DNA of 64,000 nt, taken from contig JAOAFT010000011.1 of NCBI GenBank assembly GCA_026416125.1, positions 150 through 64,149 of the forward strand, read 5' to 3'. The translations under genes were made by a program, and so were the position numbers. Positions 1-10,478 of the stretch are shown in pieces. The DNA comes from Bacteroidota bacterium (GTDB lineage: Bacteria; Bacteroidota; Ignavibacteria; UBA10030). Under the pieces are notes generated by a model that saw nothing but the letters and a program-made list of their open reading frames with translations, was not told the origin of the DNA and made no database searches. The number at the start of each line of letters is the position of its first letter. The stretch's first letter is position 1.

Positions 1-264
1 TAAAAGGTATGTACAAAACTTTTTCCTTATATGCCTACTTGCTTGTTATTTCTATTGAAGCATCTCTCCTTATTCTTTCGAATATATAAACTTGATCACA
101 TCCAATTTTGATCGTAAACTTCTCTCTAGTATTATGCAAGGCAAATGTTCGCTTTACTTGGATTTAATGTGCTTACATCTGTACATCTTGCTCTTTTCTG
201 CTCCTCCTTGTTTCTTCGAAGAGATTTCAATAGAATAGAGAGCATCGAAGAAAGGAAGAAAACA

Positions 265-699
265 ATGAACGAATTTATGGAAGCTGCAATCGCAGAAGCT
301 CGTGCAAGTTTACACGAAGGTGGAATACCTATTGGTGCAGTACTAGTTCGGAACAATACAATCATTGGTCGAGGTCATAATCAACGTGTACAACGGAATG
401 ACCCCCTTGCACATGCTGAGATAGAATGTATTCGAAATGCAGGACGAATTAAAACGTACACTGGTACAATTCTTTATACAACGCTTATGCCTTGCTATCT
501 TTGTGCTGGGGCAATTGTACAATTTGGCATCGAACACATCGTTGTAGGTGAATCCCGAACGTACCGTGGAGCCGAGGATTTTATGAAAAACTTCTGGGTT
601 TCAATTGAAGATTGGGACTTAGATGAATGCATTTCACTTATGAAAGATTTTATCCAAAAGAATCCACATCTTTGGAACGAGGATATTGGACGGCTATGA
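265..699 (+). CDS. FCY1-type (yeast-like) cytosine deaminase, CDA-fold zinc enzyme
   Basis: The ATG at 265 is preceded by AAAGGAAGAA. The 144-aa product aligns along its length with yeast Fcy1 (EGGIPIGAVL, GRGHN, HAEI, LYTTLMPCYLCAGAI, VVGE, W.EDIG), including the H-A-E and P-C-x-x-C zinc motifs. The upstream 40 codons of the tracked ORF have no homology and were trimmed. Confidence 0.85.
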   Translation: MNEFMEAAIAEARASLHEGGIPIGAVLVRNNTIIGRGHNQRVQRNDPLAHAEIECIRNAGRIKTYTGTILYTTLMPCYLCAGAIVQFGIEHIVVGESRTYRGAEDFMKNFWVSIEDWDLDECISLMKDFIQKNPHLWNEDIGRL

Positions 700-1181
700 T
701 ACCTACATACGATACACACGATTTGTTTATGCGACGTGTTATCGAGTTATCGCGTCTCAATGTCATTGAAGGACACGGTGGTCCTTTTGCCGCTCTCGTT
801 GTGAAAAACGGATTGATTATTGCAGAAGGAACAAACCTCGTTACCTCGACAAACGACCCTACCGCACATGCAGAAATTGTTGCAATCCGAAAAGCATGTA
901 ATGTGCTTCAATCCTTTCAACTCACTGGATGTGATGTATACACTTCATGCGAGCCATGCCCAATGTGTATGGGTGCACTCTACTGGGCACGACCAAGCCG
1001 AATCTTCTATGCTAGTACACGACATGATGCAGCAGAGGCAGGATTCGATGACTCGTTTATCTACGATGAAATCTCAAAAGTTCCCACTGAGCGTACAATC
1101 CCGATGATTCAGCTCCTCCGAAATGAAGCCCTCATTGCTTTTGAAGAATGGAAAAGAAAAACTGACAGGATACCGTATTGA
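696..1181 (+). CDS. guaD: guanine deaminase (Bacillus GuaD type, CDA fold)
   Basis: The ATG at 696 overlaps the upstream TGA as ATGA. The 161-aa product closely resembles B. subtilis GuaD (GGPFAALVVKNG.IIAEG.N, NDPTAHAEI.AIRKAC, YTSCEPCPMC.GA.YWARP, DAAEAGFDDSFIY.EI). Confidence 0.85.
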   Translation: MIPTYDTHDLFMRRVIELSRLNVIEGHGGPFAALVVKNGLIIAEGTNLVTSTNDPTAHAEIVAIRKACNVLQSFQLTGCDVYTSCEPCPMCMGALYWARPSRIFYASTRHDAAEAGFDDSFIYDEISKVPTERTIPMIQLLRNEALIAFEEWKRKTDRIPY

Positions 1182-1294
1182 CTTTATGGAACGAGTGGAA
1201 CTTACTCCCATCAGCTTAGACCACTGCGATCATCTAACCACTCTTTAGCAAAAGACATACGTACTTCCCTCTTATTCGCTGAGGTATCTTCCTT

Positions 1295-2626
1295 TTATCC
1301 TCTTTTCATCTTCTTTACTGCTAGGTCAATTGCCTTTCGTACTGCAACTACTGTCGCAGGAAGAACAATTGGCGGATTTGGATATTTCGATTTTATTCCT
1401 TCCAGTGTTTGTTCGTGGTATTCTACTTTGAACTGAGAAAATTTTAATCCGTGTGCCGTTGAAATAACAACGACACGATCCTTATTTGAAATAATACCAC
1501 GTTTAATAAGTTTCTCCGTTACTGCAAGTGCTACCCCTGTTTGAGGACATGTAAACAATCCAGCACGATCAGCTCGTGCTGCAGCATTGGCAAGCTCTGA
1601 TTCTGTTGCCTGTTCAACAATGCCATCGAATTCTTTGAGAACTTTCACCGCACGCTCATAGCTTACCGGAGCACCAATCTGAATAGCTGAAGCTAACGTC
1701 TTCTTTGCTTTAACTGGACGATATTGCTCGAAATTTGCTTTGAAGCTCAAGTAGAGCGGATTAGCATTTGCTGCTTGAGCACAAACGATACGAGGAAGTT
1801 TCGTAATAAGACCTAACTCTCGCATCATTAATAGACCTTTCCCCAATGCACTCACGTTTCCTAGGTTTCCAGCTGGAATAATCATCCAATCAGGTACTTC
1901 CCAATCGAATTGTTGTACAATTTCAATGCCAACTGTTTTCTGCCCTTCCATACGAAGTGAGTTCATCGAATTTGCCAGGTAAATTGTTTGATCTTTTGTC
2001 ACTTCCTGAACAATTCTCATACATCCATCGAAATCGGTCTCTAGCGAAAGAACAGTCGCTCCATTTGCAATGGGTTGTACCAATTGCGCTGTCGAAACTT
2101 TCCCTTTCGGTAAAAACACAATGGTTGGAATTCCTGCTGCAGCACCATAAGCGGAGAGTGCCGCAGAGGTATCACCTGTTGAAGCACAAGCAACAGCACG
2201 AATTGGCTTGCCATCTGCAATCATTTGCTTGACAGCAGAGACCAAGACAGTCATTCCTAAATCTTTGAACGATCCTGTGTGACTGTTACCACACAGTTTT
2301 ACCCATAAATCGGGTATACCAAGTTCTTCTCCCAGTCGTTCTGCCCAGAAACAATTTGTGTGGCCTTCGTACATCGACACAACATTCCGATTTTCAATGC
2401 GTGGGCAAACCCACTCTTTCTTTCCCCACACACCACTTCCGTAGGGCCATTCATTCGTACGTGTTCGCTGATCAAAAAGTCTTTTCCAATACTGTGCAGA
2501 CTTTCGTTTTAGTTGTTTCACGTCATGTTGTACATCGAGGAGTCCATCACATTCCTCACACCGATAAATGATATCAAATATTGAGTATTGTTTTCCACAC
2601 CGTATGCATTCAAACCAGCAGTGCAT
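1295..2626 (-). CDS. thrC: threonine synthase with N-terminal zinc ribbon
   Basis: 443-aa ORF with an N-terminal CxxC...CxxC ([14 protein letters not shown]) and the PLP-lysine motif SFKDLG. It shows full-length threonine synthase similarity and is the last gene of the thr block. Confidence 0.9.
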   Translation of the reverse strand: MHCWFECIRCGKQYSIFDIIYRCEECDGLLDVQHDVKQLKRKSAQYWKRLFDQRTRTNEWPYGSGVWGKKEWVCPRIENRNVVSMYEGHTNCFWAERLGEELGIPDLWVKLCGNSHTGSFKDLGMTVLVSAVKQMIADGKPIRAVACASTGDTSAALSAYGAAAGIPTIVFLPKGKVSTAQLVQPIANGATVLSLETDFDGCMRIVQEVTKDQTIYLANSMNSLRMEGQKTVGIEIVQQFDWEVPDWMIIPAGNLGNVSALGKGLLMMRELGLITKLPRIVCAQAANANPLYLSFKANFEQYRPVKAKKTLASAIQIGAPVSYERAVKVLKEFDGIVEQATESELANAAARADRAGLFTCPQTGVALAVTEKLIKRGIISNKDRVVVISTAHGLKFSQFKVEYHEQTLEGIKSKYPNPPIVLPATVVAVRKAIDLAVKKMKRG

Positions 2627-2656
2627 CGTCCACTCTCCTCACGCATCGTTCATACG

Positions 2657-3850
2657 TTACTCGCTTACAAAATATTTCATGAGTTCATAGCCACGTTGGA
2701 TAAGTAAACCACTTTGAGCTGCATTGAACTCACTGAAAGGAAGTTGTTTTTTCGGTTCAATCCCATCACCAGCTAAAGCGAAAGGTACTGCATCGGCAAC
2801 ATGTGCGCGCGTTGCAACAGGTGTTGGATGGTCTGGCATTACAAGCATCCGCCACGATGCATACGAGAGCAGATGATTGTAAATTGGACCAATGATATGT
2901 TCGTCAATGAGTTCGAGTGCGCGTTCTTTCGTTTCAGCATCTCCAGCATGTCCAGCTTCATCAGTTGCTTCAATATGAACAACAACCAAATCGTATTTTT
3001 TCAGTGCTTCAATTGCTGCCTCACCCTTTCCACGGTAATTAGTATTGAAGTACCCTGTAGCACCTTCTACATGCAATACATCAAATCCAATAAGGCGCGC
3101 TAATCCTTTTACCAAATCAACCGCAGTAATAACAGCACCTTTCAAACCATACTTTTCTTCAAACGATTCCATTGTAATTTTTCGACCCTCACCCCAGAGC
3201 CACACCGAGTTTGCAAGACGTTTTCCATTCTCTTTTCGAGTGGTGTTTACTGGATGGTGTGGGAGTATTTCTTGGCTCTTCATAATAATCGATTTGAGAA
3301 ACTCAGCGTTCGTACCCTGTGGAAGAAGTGTATCAATTGGTTTTCCAATATTATCATGAGGGGGAACCGTAGCCACACCACCGAATTCCTTCCCTCGAAC
3401 CACCATCAAGTGACGGTACCCAACCCCTGTATAAAACTGAATATCACGAGAACCGCAGTGACGGTTGATTTCCTGAATGAGTTCACATCCTTCTTCTGTC
3501 GAAAGGTGCCCTGCACTGTGATCAATCATTACACCGTTTTCGATCGTCACAAGGTTACACCGAAAGACCCAGTCTGTTTCAGATAATGGAATACTTTGTG
3601 CAACAGCTTCGATGGGAGCACGTCCTGAGTAGTACTTCTGGGCATCGTACCCAAGAACCCCCATCATTGCTACATCACTACCCGGTGACATTCCTTGTGG
3701 CACTGTGTAACATAATCCCTGTATCCCATTCGATGCTAGTCGATCAAGGTTTGGTGTCGATGCAGATTCGAATACTGTTTTCCCTCCGAGCTGTGGAATA
3801 GGGTAATCAGCAGCACCATCTGGAACAACAATGACATACTTTCGCTTCAT
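2657..3850 (-). CDS. cofactor-independent phosphoglycerate mutase (ApgM) family protein; proposed non-orthologous homoserine kinase
   Basis: 397-aa ORF with the alkaline-phosphatase-superfamily N-terminus VVPDGAAD and a C-terminal DEAGHAGD metal motif, typical of archaeal-type iPGM homologues. It sits between ask and thrC, exactly where thrB would be, and no canonical GHMP thrB is in the window. Confidence 0.75.
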   Translation of the reverse strand: MKRKYVIVVPDGAADYPIPQLGGKTVFESASTPNLDRLASNGIQGLCYTVPQGMSPGSDVAMMGVLGYDAQKYYSGRAPIEAVAQSIPLSETDWVFRCNLVTIENGVMIDHSAGHLSTEEGCELIQEINRHCGSRDIQFYTGVGYRHLMVVRGKEFGGVATVPPHDNIGKPIDTLLPQGTNAEFLKSIIMKSQEILPHHPVNTTRKENGKRLANSVWLWGEGRKITMESFEEKYGLKGAVITAVDLVKGLARLIGFDVLHVEGATGYFNTNYRGKGEAAIEALKKYDLVVVHIEATDEAGHAGDAETKERALELIDEHIIGPIYNHLLSYASWRMLVMPDHPTPVATRAHVADAVPFALAGDGIEPKKQLPFSEFNAAQSGLLIQRGYELMKYFVSE

Positions 3851-3877
3851 TCGTTACACTCCATATTCTATTGTACA

Positions 3878-5284
3878 TCACTCACGTGTAAGCACGTTAC
3901 TATGAATTTTTCGTACCGCAGTATCAGCATACTCAGCACTAACTACGACGGAAACACTGTACTCCGATGAACCCTGAGCAATTGCAATGATGTTAATGTT
4001 CGCATCTCCAAGCGCTCCAAATATCTTTGATGCTACCCCTGGTGTACTACGAATACCAGTACCAACAGCAGTAACAATGACAACATTATCCATTGCCCAC
4101 ACACGGTTGATATCGCCGCGTCGAAGTTCAAGGACAAATTCATTTTCAAGCTCTTTCAGGACCGCTGGTACGTTCAGTGTTGGTATGACAAAACAAATCG
4201 ATTGTTCAGACGATGCCTGCGAAATCATGAGAACGTTCGCTTTTTGACGTGCAACTGCTGAGAATGTACGTGCAGCGATACCAGGTACTCCCATCATACC
4301 TCGGCCTTCCACTGTAATAAGGCTTAGATTCCGAATCACTGTTACAGCCTTCACACCCCCGTTCCCTTTCTCTGGATCTCTGACGATCTTTGTACCTGGA
4401 AATGTTGGATTGAATGTATTCTTCACCCACAGTGGAATGTTCCGTTCAATGACAGGCCAGATTGTTTTCGGGTGCAAGACTTTTGCACCAAAGTATGCCA
4501 ACTCGCTAATTTCGCTTGCCGACAGCACAGGGATGACCCGTGCTTCCTTTACAATACGTGGGTCTGTTGTCATCACGCCATCAACATCTGTCCAAATCCA
4601 TACTTCTGTTGAATCAAGGCATGTTCCAATAATTGCAGCGCTGTAGTCACTTCCCCCTCGGCCAAGCGTTGTCACAGTTCCGCTCGCTGTAGCTCCAATG
4701 AATCCTGTGATAACTGGTACAATACCTTCTTCTAACAACGGAAGGAGTATGGTACGAACACGGTGACGTGTTTCTTCCATATCGGGTACTGCATTTTGGT
4801 ACGACGCGTCCGTACGAATGAGTTCTGTCGCTGGAACTGCTTTACTCCGTATTCCTTTTCTCCGTAACACGGAAGATACAATCGGTGCATTCATGCGTTC
4901 ACCGAAGGAAACAATAGCATCCATTGCCCGTGGCGTTACTTCGCCGAGGAGATATACACCATGGCACAATCCAATAAATTCATTGATAAAATCTTTAACA
5001 AGCGTTTTCAGTTCGGTTTGTTCTTCAAGCACCACTAGAGCTTCGATGATTTCTTTGTGTTTTGCCTGAAGTGTCTCAGCAATTTCCTTGTATGTGCGGT
5101 CATCCCCTTGGGCAGCACTTGATGCACCTTTGATAAGCAAATCGGTAACTCCGCTCATCGCCGAAACTATGACTGCCACTGCCTTCCATTCTTTCGTTGC
5201 ATTTAGGATAATTGTTGTCGCTTGATCAATTGCTTCGATAGAACCCACCGAGGTTCCGCCGAACTTCATGGTTAGGATGTTCAT
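3878..5284 (-). CDS. ask: aspartate kinase (monofunctional, C-terminal ACT domains)
   Basis: The ATG at 5284 has AAGGAG 5 nt upstream. The N-terminus MKFGGTSVG is the amino-acid-kinase signature. The 468-aa product has two ACT-like repeats at the C-terminus. Confidence 0.9.
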   Translation of the reverse strand: MNILTMKFGGTSVGSIEAIDQATTIILNATKEWKAVAVIVSAMSGVTDLLIKGASSAAQGDDRTYKEIAETLQAKHKEIIEALVVLEEQTELKTLVKDFINEFIGLCHGVYLLGEVTPRAMDAIVSFGERMNAPIVSSVLRRKGIRSKAVPATELIRTDASYQNAVPDMEETRHRVRTILLPLLEEGIVPVITGFIGATASGTVTTLGRGGSDYSAAIIGTCLDSTEVWIWTDVDGVMTTDPRIVKEARVIPVLSASEISELAYFGAKVLHPKTIWPVIERNIPLWVKNTFNPTFPGTKIVRDPEKGNGGVKAVTVIRNLSLITVEGRGMMGVPGIAARTFSAVARQKANVLMISQASSEQSICFVIPTLNVPAVLKELENEFVLELRRGDINRVWAMDNVVIVTAVGTGIRSTPGVASKIFGALGDANINIIAIAQGSSEYSVSVVVSAEYADTAVRKIHSNVLTRE

Positions 5285-6371
5285 ACTTCTCCTTTTGTTC
5301 GTAGTAATTCTGTAAACTCAAAATATCACTTAACACTCCTGCTGCAGTTACTTCAGCTCCAGCACCAGGTCCTGACACTGCCAGTGGAATAGCATCGTAC
5401 CGTGTCGTGGTAAAAGCAATGTAGTTTGCTGATCCTCTAAGAGCACCCCATGCAGAATCTCGTGGTACGGATACGAGTCCAACTTTCCCACCTGTTGAAT
5501 TAACACGTGCAATGTATCGAAGTACATGACCTTTTGCTTGCGCTTCATGGTTCTCAGAACTATACACACTATCGAGGCGTGTTGTTGCATCCATGAAATC
5601 CTCAATTGAAAGAGAAGCGAGCGAATCTGGGTAGAGCGGTTCGACTTCAATAGCATCGGATTCCAGTGGCCAACCCGCTGTTCGCGCGAGGATAAGCGCT
5701 TTCCGTGCGACATCTTGACCACTCAAATCATCACGCGGATCGGGTTCTGTGTAACCAAGGGATTTTGCTTCTCGGATTGCTACAGAATAGGGAACTCCTC
5801 GTTCAAGTTCAGCACAAATGAAACCAAGTGTTCCACTCATGCAACCTTCAATTGCAAGAATTCTATCTCCTGTTTCGCGTAATTGCCGTACTGTCGAAAT
5901 AACAGGTAATCCTGCTCCAACGGTAGCTTCATACCGGACATTGTCGTTCTCGTACAACCAGTGAGCTTCACTCCATCGAGCAGCAACAGGTTTTTTATTC
6001 GCAAGAACAATCCTGCACCCTAAATCGTAACCTGCTCGCAATACTTTTAGCATTTCTCCCGATGCTGTAACATCAACAATGACTGCATGAGGAACAAGTA
6101 TGTCGTTGAGTGATGTTGCTCGCCGAGCATAGGGTAAACTCTCAATACGTTGTCCTCGAGAACGAATACGAATGATTGTTTGGAGAGTTTCTTCAGATAT
6201 ACCATCAGGATCAAAAACTACACCGCTGCTATCGGCAACACAAACGGGTTGTAAATAACATCCAGACCGTTCAGCGAACGAGTGTCGAATTTCGAGGAGT
6301 TGCCGAAGTACTGCTTTTCCTACGTTTCCAACACCAATAAGAATAATCGGTATTGAAAGGACTTTATTCAT
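5226..6371 (-). CDS. hom: homoserine dehydrogenase
   Basis: Rossmann motif IGVGNVG at the N-terminus, a catalytic-domain region (EATVGAGLPVI) and a C-terminal ACT-like region. The ATG immediately follows the leuB stop (TAAATG). The 3-prime end reads 59 nt into ask. Confidence 0.9.
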   Translation of the reverse strand: MNKVLSIPIILIGVGNVGKAVLRQLLEIRHSFAERSGCYLQPVCVADSSGVVFDPDGISEETLQTIIRIRSRGQRIESLPYARRATSLNDILVPHAVIVDVTASGEMLKVLRAGYDLGCRIVLANKKPVAARWSEAHWLYENDNVRYEATVGAGLPVISTVRQLRETGDRILAIEGCMSGTLGFICAELERGVPYSVAIREAKSLGYTEPDPRDDLSGQDVARKALILARTAGWPLESDAIEVEPLYPDSLASLSIEDFMDATTRLDSVYSSENHEAQAKGHVLRYIARVNSTGGKVGLVSVPRDSAWGALRGSANYIAFTTTRYDAIPLAVSGPGAGAEVTAAGVLSDILSLQNYYEQKEKYEHPNHEVRRNLGGFYRSN

Positions 6372-7430
6372 TTAGAGTCTCACAATCACTTCTTTGGACA
6401 TTTCTTGAGTTGTCATGGCACCACCAAGGTCTTTTGTACGGCACCCGTCAGCAATTGCTTGGGCAACAGCTGTTTCAACGGCTATCGCTTCTCGTTCAAG
6501 TTTTAACGAATACCGTAATAACAAGGCAGCACTTAAAATTGTTCCAAGCGGATTAGCAATTCCTTTCCCTGCAATGTCAGGCGCTGAACCGTGGATTGGT
6601 TCGTAGAGACCTGGACCACTTGTTCCAAGCGATGCTGATGGCAACATCCCCATCGAACCTGCAAGTACTGATGCTTCATCCGTAAGAATATCGCCAAAAG
6701 TATTTTCTGTAACCATAACATCAAAGGAAGTGGGGGAAGTAATGAGCCTCATCGATGCTGTATCAACAAGCATGTGTTCCAGAGTCACTTCTGGATATCT
6801 CTTTGCAACATTGGTAACAACTTGTCGCCAAAGGCGTGAAGTTTCTAGCACGTTCGCCTTATCAACAGAGGTAACTTTTTTCTTCCGTTGTTTCGCAAGT
6901 TTGAAAGCAACCTCTGCGATTCGCTCAATTTCATACTCAGCATAATCCATCGTGTCGATTGCATGGAGGTGTCCTTCTAGTTCTTTTCGTCCTTTTGGCT
7001 CACCGAAGTACAATCCACCAGTGAGTTCACGAACAACGATCATATCGACGCCTGTGAGTACTTCCGGTTTCAAGGGCGAAGCATCAACCAGCTGCTGATA
7101 CACCTTCACTGGCCGAAGGTTAGCAAAGAGCCCAAGTCCTTTTCGTAACTTCAAAAGCCCTTGTTCTGGCCGGACGGTCGCAAGAGGATCATCCCACTTC
7201 GGTCCACCAACTGCACCAAGAAGAACAGCATCCGATCGTTTACAAGCTTCGAGAGTTTCGTCTTTGAGTGCAGTACCATAGGCATCAATCGCACATCCTC
7301 CAATGAGGTGGTATTCAAATGTAAACGTATGACCAAATTTTTGCGCTATGTGATCTAGAACTTTGACAGCAGCATCTGTAACTTCTGGACCAATTCCATC
7401 ACCGCTAAGAACAACGATATGTGCTTTCAT
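6372..7430 (-). CDS. leuB: 3-isopropylmalate dehydrogenase
   Basis: 352 aa with an N-terminal [11 protein letters not shown] and the conserved NLFGDILSD-like motif ([13 protein letters not shown]). Full-length LeuB similarity. Confidence 0.95.
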   Translation of the reverse strand: MKAHIVVLSGDGIGPEVTDAAVKVLDHIAQKFGHTFTFEYHLIGGCAIDAYGTALKDETLEACKRSDAVLLGAVGGPKWDDPLATVRPEQGLLKLRKGLGLFANLRPVKVYQQLVDASPLKPEVLTGVDMIVVRELTGGLYFGEPKGRKELEGHLHAIDTMDYAEYEIERIAEVAFKLAKQRKKKVTSVDKANVLETSRLWRQVVTNVAKRYPEVTLEHMLVDTASMRLITSPTSFDVMVTENTFGDILTDEASVLAGSMGMLPSASLGTSGPGLYEPIHGSAPDIAGKGIANPLGTILSAALLLRYSLKLEREAIAVETAVAQAIADGCRTKDLGGAMTTQEMSKEVIVRL

Positions 7431-7493
7431 TTGCAGGTATCCTTATTCTTCCATTGTGTCGATTACTGTTTTTACGCGACAATAATGTTGATC

Positions 7494-8333
7494 TTACAAT
7501 TTCTTCCGTAACTCTTCTGACCGCAAAGCTGCTGCTTCAACAGCCCGCATGAAAGCTGCTCGTACACCTGCAGTTTCGAGTTCAAAGAGACCATGGATTG
7601 TCGTTCCACCAGGAGTTGTAATATCTTCACGAAATTCTGCAGGATGTACTGCATTTCCAATGGCAAGAAGAGCCCCCGTCCCAAGAATCGTCTGTGTTAC
7701 AAGTTGTCGTGCAATTGGACGAGTGAGTCCAAGTTTGACACCAGCATCGATCATCGATTCGGCAACAAGCAAGATGTAAGCTGGACCACTTCCACTCAAG
7801 CCAGTGACTACATCCATATGTCCTTCGTGTACTTCAACAACTTTTCCAACTGTCGCGAAAAGATCGAGTACTTGTTGTTTCTGGTGCTCGGTAACACGTT
7901 CGCTCCACGCAATTGCAGTGGCACTCATCCCAAATACTGCTGCAATATTTGGCATTGCTCGTACCACTGCCATTAAACCATAGTGTTCGATTGTACGGAT
8001 CTCCAATCCAGCAACAATCGAAACGAGGACTTGGTCCTTTCGAAGTACCGAACGCATTGCTTGAAGAACACCCAAGGCAACACTCGGTTTCACAGCAAGA
8101 AAAATTACATCCGCTTGACGCACAGCAGATGTAACATCGGTGGTTGGCTCGATTGAGTACTTACTTTTCAAGTCATTGAGCTTTACGGTGTCAACATCGC
8201 AGGCTACTATTTTACTAAAAATACGGTGTTTCGAATCTTGCAATCCCGATAACAATGCTTGCCCCATCTTACCAACCCCTATAATAGCGAGTGTTTGTGC
8301 TCCTTGCTTTCCCCGTTTCGTTTTCTTTACCAT
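7494..8333 (-). CDS. proC: pyrroline-5-carboxylate reductase
   Basis: Start trimmed to the ATG at 8333, 13 nt after the leuD stop. Rossmann motif IIGVGKMG and C-terminal P5CR dimerisation-domain motifs (TTPGGTT). The longer tracked ORF would overlap leuD. Confidence 0.85.
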   Translation of the reverse strand: MVKKTKRGKQGAQTLAIIGVGKMGQALLSGLQDSKHRIFSKIVACDVDTVKLNDLKSKYSIEPTTDVTSAVRQADVIFLAVKPSVALGVLQAMRSVLRKDQVLVSIVAGLEIRTIEHYGLMAVVRAMPNIAAVFGMSATAIAWSERVTEHQKQQVLDLFATVGKVVEVHEGHMDVVTGLSGSGPAYILLVAESMIDAGVKLGLTRPIARQLVTQTILGTGALLAIGNAVHPAEFREDITTPGGTTIHGLFELETAGVRAAFMRAVEAAALRSEELRKKL

Positions 8334-8346
8334 ACTTTTACCTTTG

Positions 8347-8937
8347 TTATTTGTTGTGGGATTGTTCGTATAATTGTATTTGCTCTTCGAATCGACGTAT
8401 ATACTCGAGTTCATCAACACCATTCAAGAGGCAAAATTTTGAGAATGGGTCAATTTCGAACGAAGCCCGATGTCCCGAAGGATACACCACAACTTGTTCT
8501 TCAAGATTGATTGTAACTTTTGCATTTGGATTGGCAAGAATTTCTTCTTTAAGACGTCGATGTTCGTCTCCCGAAAGAACGATGGGTAAGAGTCCATTCT
8601 TTAGGGCATTATTCTTGAAAATATCTGCAATAGTTGTACTAATCACCGCACGGAAACCAAACGCTGTCAATGCCCATGGAGCATGCTCCCGCGATGATCC
8701 ACAGCCAAAATTATCACCAGCAAGGAGTATTTGAGCACCTTGGTACTGAGCTCTATTAATAACGAATTCAGGATTCAGTGTACCATCAACGTTATACCGC
8801 CAATCGTAAAATAGTTTATCCCCTAATCCTTGTTTATCTGTTACTTTAAGAAATCGTGCGGGTATTATTTGATCAGTATCAATATTATCGATGAGTAATG
8901 GGACAACGATTGAGGTAATTGATCGAAATTGTGCCAT
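8347..8937 (-). CDS. leuD: 3-isopropylmalate dehydratase small subunit
   Basis: 196 aa with aconitase swivel-domain motifs (GDNFGCGSSREHA). Lies downstream of leuC. Confidence 0.95.
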   Translation of the reverse strand: MAQFRSITSIVVPLLIDNIDTDQIIPARFLKVTDKQGLGDKLFYDWRYNVDGTLNPEFVINRAQYQGAQILLAGDNFGCGSSREHAPWALTAFGFRAVISTTIADIFKNNALKNGLLPIVLSGDEHRRLKEEILANPNAKVTINLEEQVVVYPSGHRASFEIDPFSKFCLLNGVDELEYIRRFEEQIQLYEQSHNK

Positions 8938-9032
8938 ATCATGTTCCTTTTAAGACGTATACTTTTTCATGGGTTTGTGTATGATGTAATCGTTGATATT
9001 GTTCTCCAGTATATATCCACGATATACAATAC

Positions 9033-10469
9033 TCAGTTCGAGAGGAGTTTTCGAACATCTGTTATTTTTCCGGTAACGGCAGCTGCTGCTGCAATCAACG
9101 GTGATGCGAGTAATGTACGGCCACCTTTCCCTTGTCGGCCTTCGAAGTTTCTATTGCTTGTTGAGACTGCGTACTGTCCGGCGTGAATCTCATCGCCGTT
9201 CATTGCGATACACATTGAGCACCCTGGTTCACGCCACTCGGCACCGGCGGATTTAAAAATCTCGGCAAGTCCTTCTTCTTCTGCCTGACGCTTAACCATG
9301 TATGAACCAGGAACAATGAGCACACGAACACCAGGCGCAACTTTCCTTCCCTTGAAAATCATCGCTGCATCGCGGAGATCTGAAATACGCCCATTTGTAC
9401 AACTTCCGATGAAAACAACGTCTATTTTCTTCCCGAGGAGCTGTTCACCAGGAACAAACCCCATATACTGGAGTGATTTCTCAAATGATTGTCGTTCGTT
9501 GCTATCTTGAATTTTCGATGGATCAGGAATTACCCCGGTAACCGGTATAGCCATTCCTGGATTAGTACCAAATGTAATCATTGGTTCAATTGTTGTAACA
9601 TCGAGCGTAACAGTACGATCGTACTGTGCCCCATCATCGGTTGGAAGAGTCTTCCAATACTCAAGTGCTTCATCCCAATCTTCACCCTTTGGAGCAAATT
9701 CTCTGTTTGCAAGGTACTCAAACGTCACATCATCCGGTGCCATCATGCCTGCCCGCGCTCCACCCTCAATAGACATATTGCATATTGTCATTCGTTCTTC
9801 CATTGTAAGCGATCGAACAACAGGACCAGTGTACTCAATAACATGTCCTGTTCCTCCACCGACACCAATCTTAGCAAGGAGCGCTAGTATAATATCTTTT
9901 GCTGTAACCCCAAACCCTTTTCTGCCATCTAATCGAACTTCCATTGTTTTAGGTTTTCGTTGGAGTAAACATTGAGTGGCAAGCACATGTTCAACTTCAC
10001 TTGTTCCAATACCAAAGGCGAGCGCACCAAAAGCACCATGGGTTGCTGTATGACTATCACCACATACAATTGTCATTCCAGGTTGTGTTAATCCGAGTTC
10101 AGGACCAAAAACATGCACGATTCCCCGTTGTGGATGTTCTCGTCCATATAATCGAAAGCCAAATTCTTTTGCATTCAATTCAATCTGTCGAATTTGCTTT
10201 GCAGCAAGTTCATCCGTAATCGGTACATGAAGCGGCAAGGTTGGAATACTATGATCAATTGTTCCAACAGTCCTATCTGGCCGACGTATTTTAAGTCCTC
10301 GACGCCGTAGTCCATCGAATGCTTGAGGGCTTGTAACCTCATGAAGGAGGTGGAGATCGATGTAAAGAATGGCTGGTGAGTTTGGTTCCTCAACAACAAC
10401 ATGACTTTTCCACACTTTCTCAAAGAGTGTCATTGGTTGCGATGATCCACGATTCATTGGTTGCTCCAT
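9033..10469 (-). CDS. leuC: 3-isopropylmalate dehydratase large subunit
   Basis: 478 aa, aconitase family with Fe-S cysteines (GSCTNGR, CGPCxG-like [10 protein letters not shown]). The start could instead be the ATG at 10457. Confidence 0.95.
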   Translation of the reverse strand: MEQPMNRGSSQPMTLFEKVWKSHVVVEEPNSPAILYIDLHLLHEVTSPQAFDGLRRRGLKIRRPDRTVGTIDHSIPTLPLHVPITDELAAKQIRQIELNAKEFGFRLYGREHPQRGIVHVFGPELGLTQPGMTIVCGDSHTATHGAFGALAFGIGTSEVEHVLATQCLLQRKPKTMEVRLDGRKGFGVTAKDIILALLAKIGVGGGTGHVIEYTGPVVRSLTMEERMTICNMSIEGGARAGMMAPDDVTFEYLANREFAPKGEDWDEALEYWKTLPTDDGAQYDRTVTLDVTTIEPMITFGTNPGMAIPVTGVIPDPSKIQDSNERQSFEKSLQYMGFVPGEQLLGKKIDVVFIGSCTNGRISDLRDAAMIFKGRKVAPGVRVLIVPGSYMVKRQAEEEGLAEIFKSAGAEWREPGCSMCIAMNGDEIHAGQYAVSTSNRNFEGRQGKGGRTLLASPLIAAAAAVTGKITDVRKLLSN

Positions 10470-10478
10470 TTATTAATA

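Noticed and set aside
145-264. N-terminal extensions of the two deaminase ORFs (145-264 and 627-695).
   Set aside because: The extensions have no homology. Internal ATGs at 265 (with SD) and 696 (ATGA coupling) give proteins of canonical length for Fcy1 and GuaD.
2657-3850. Annotating the ApgM homologue as a glycolytic phosphoglycerate mutase.
   Set aside because: No other glycolytic gene is nearby, and it sits precisely between ask and thrC in an operon that otherwise lacks thrB. The homoserine kinase interpretation is favoured but still unproven.
5226-6371. The hom/ask overlap as a frameshifted bifunctional ThrA-type gene.
   Set aside because: The domain order here is dehydrogenase then kinase, opposite to ThrA. 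ask also has its own strong SD and ATG, so these are two genes.
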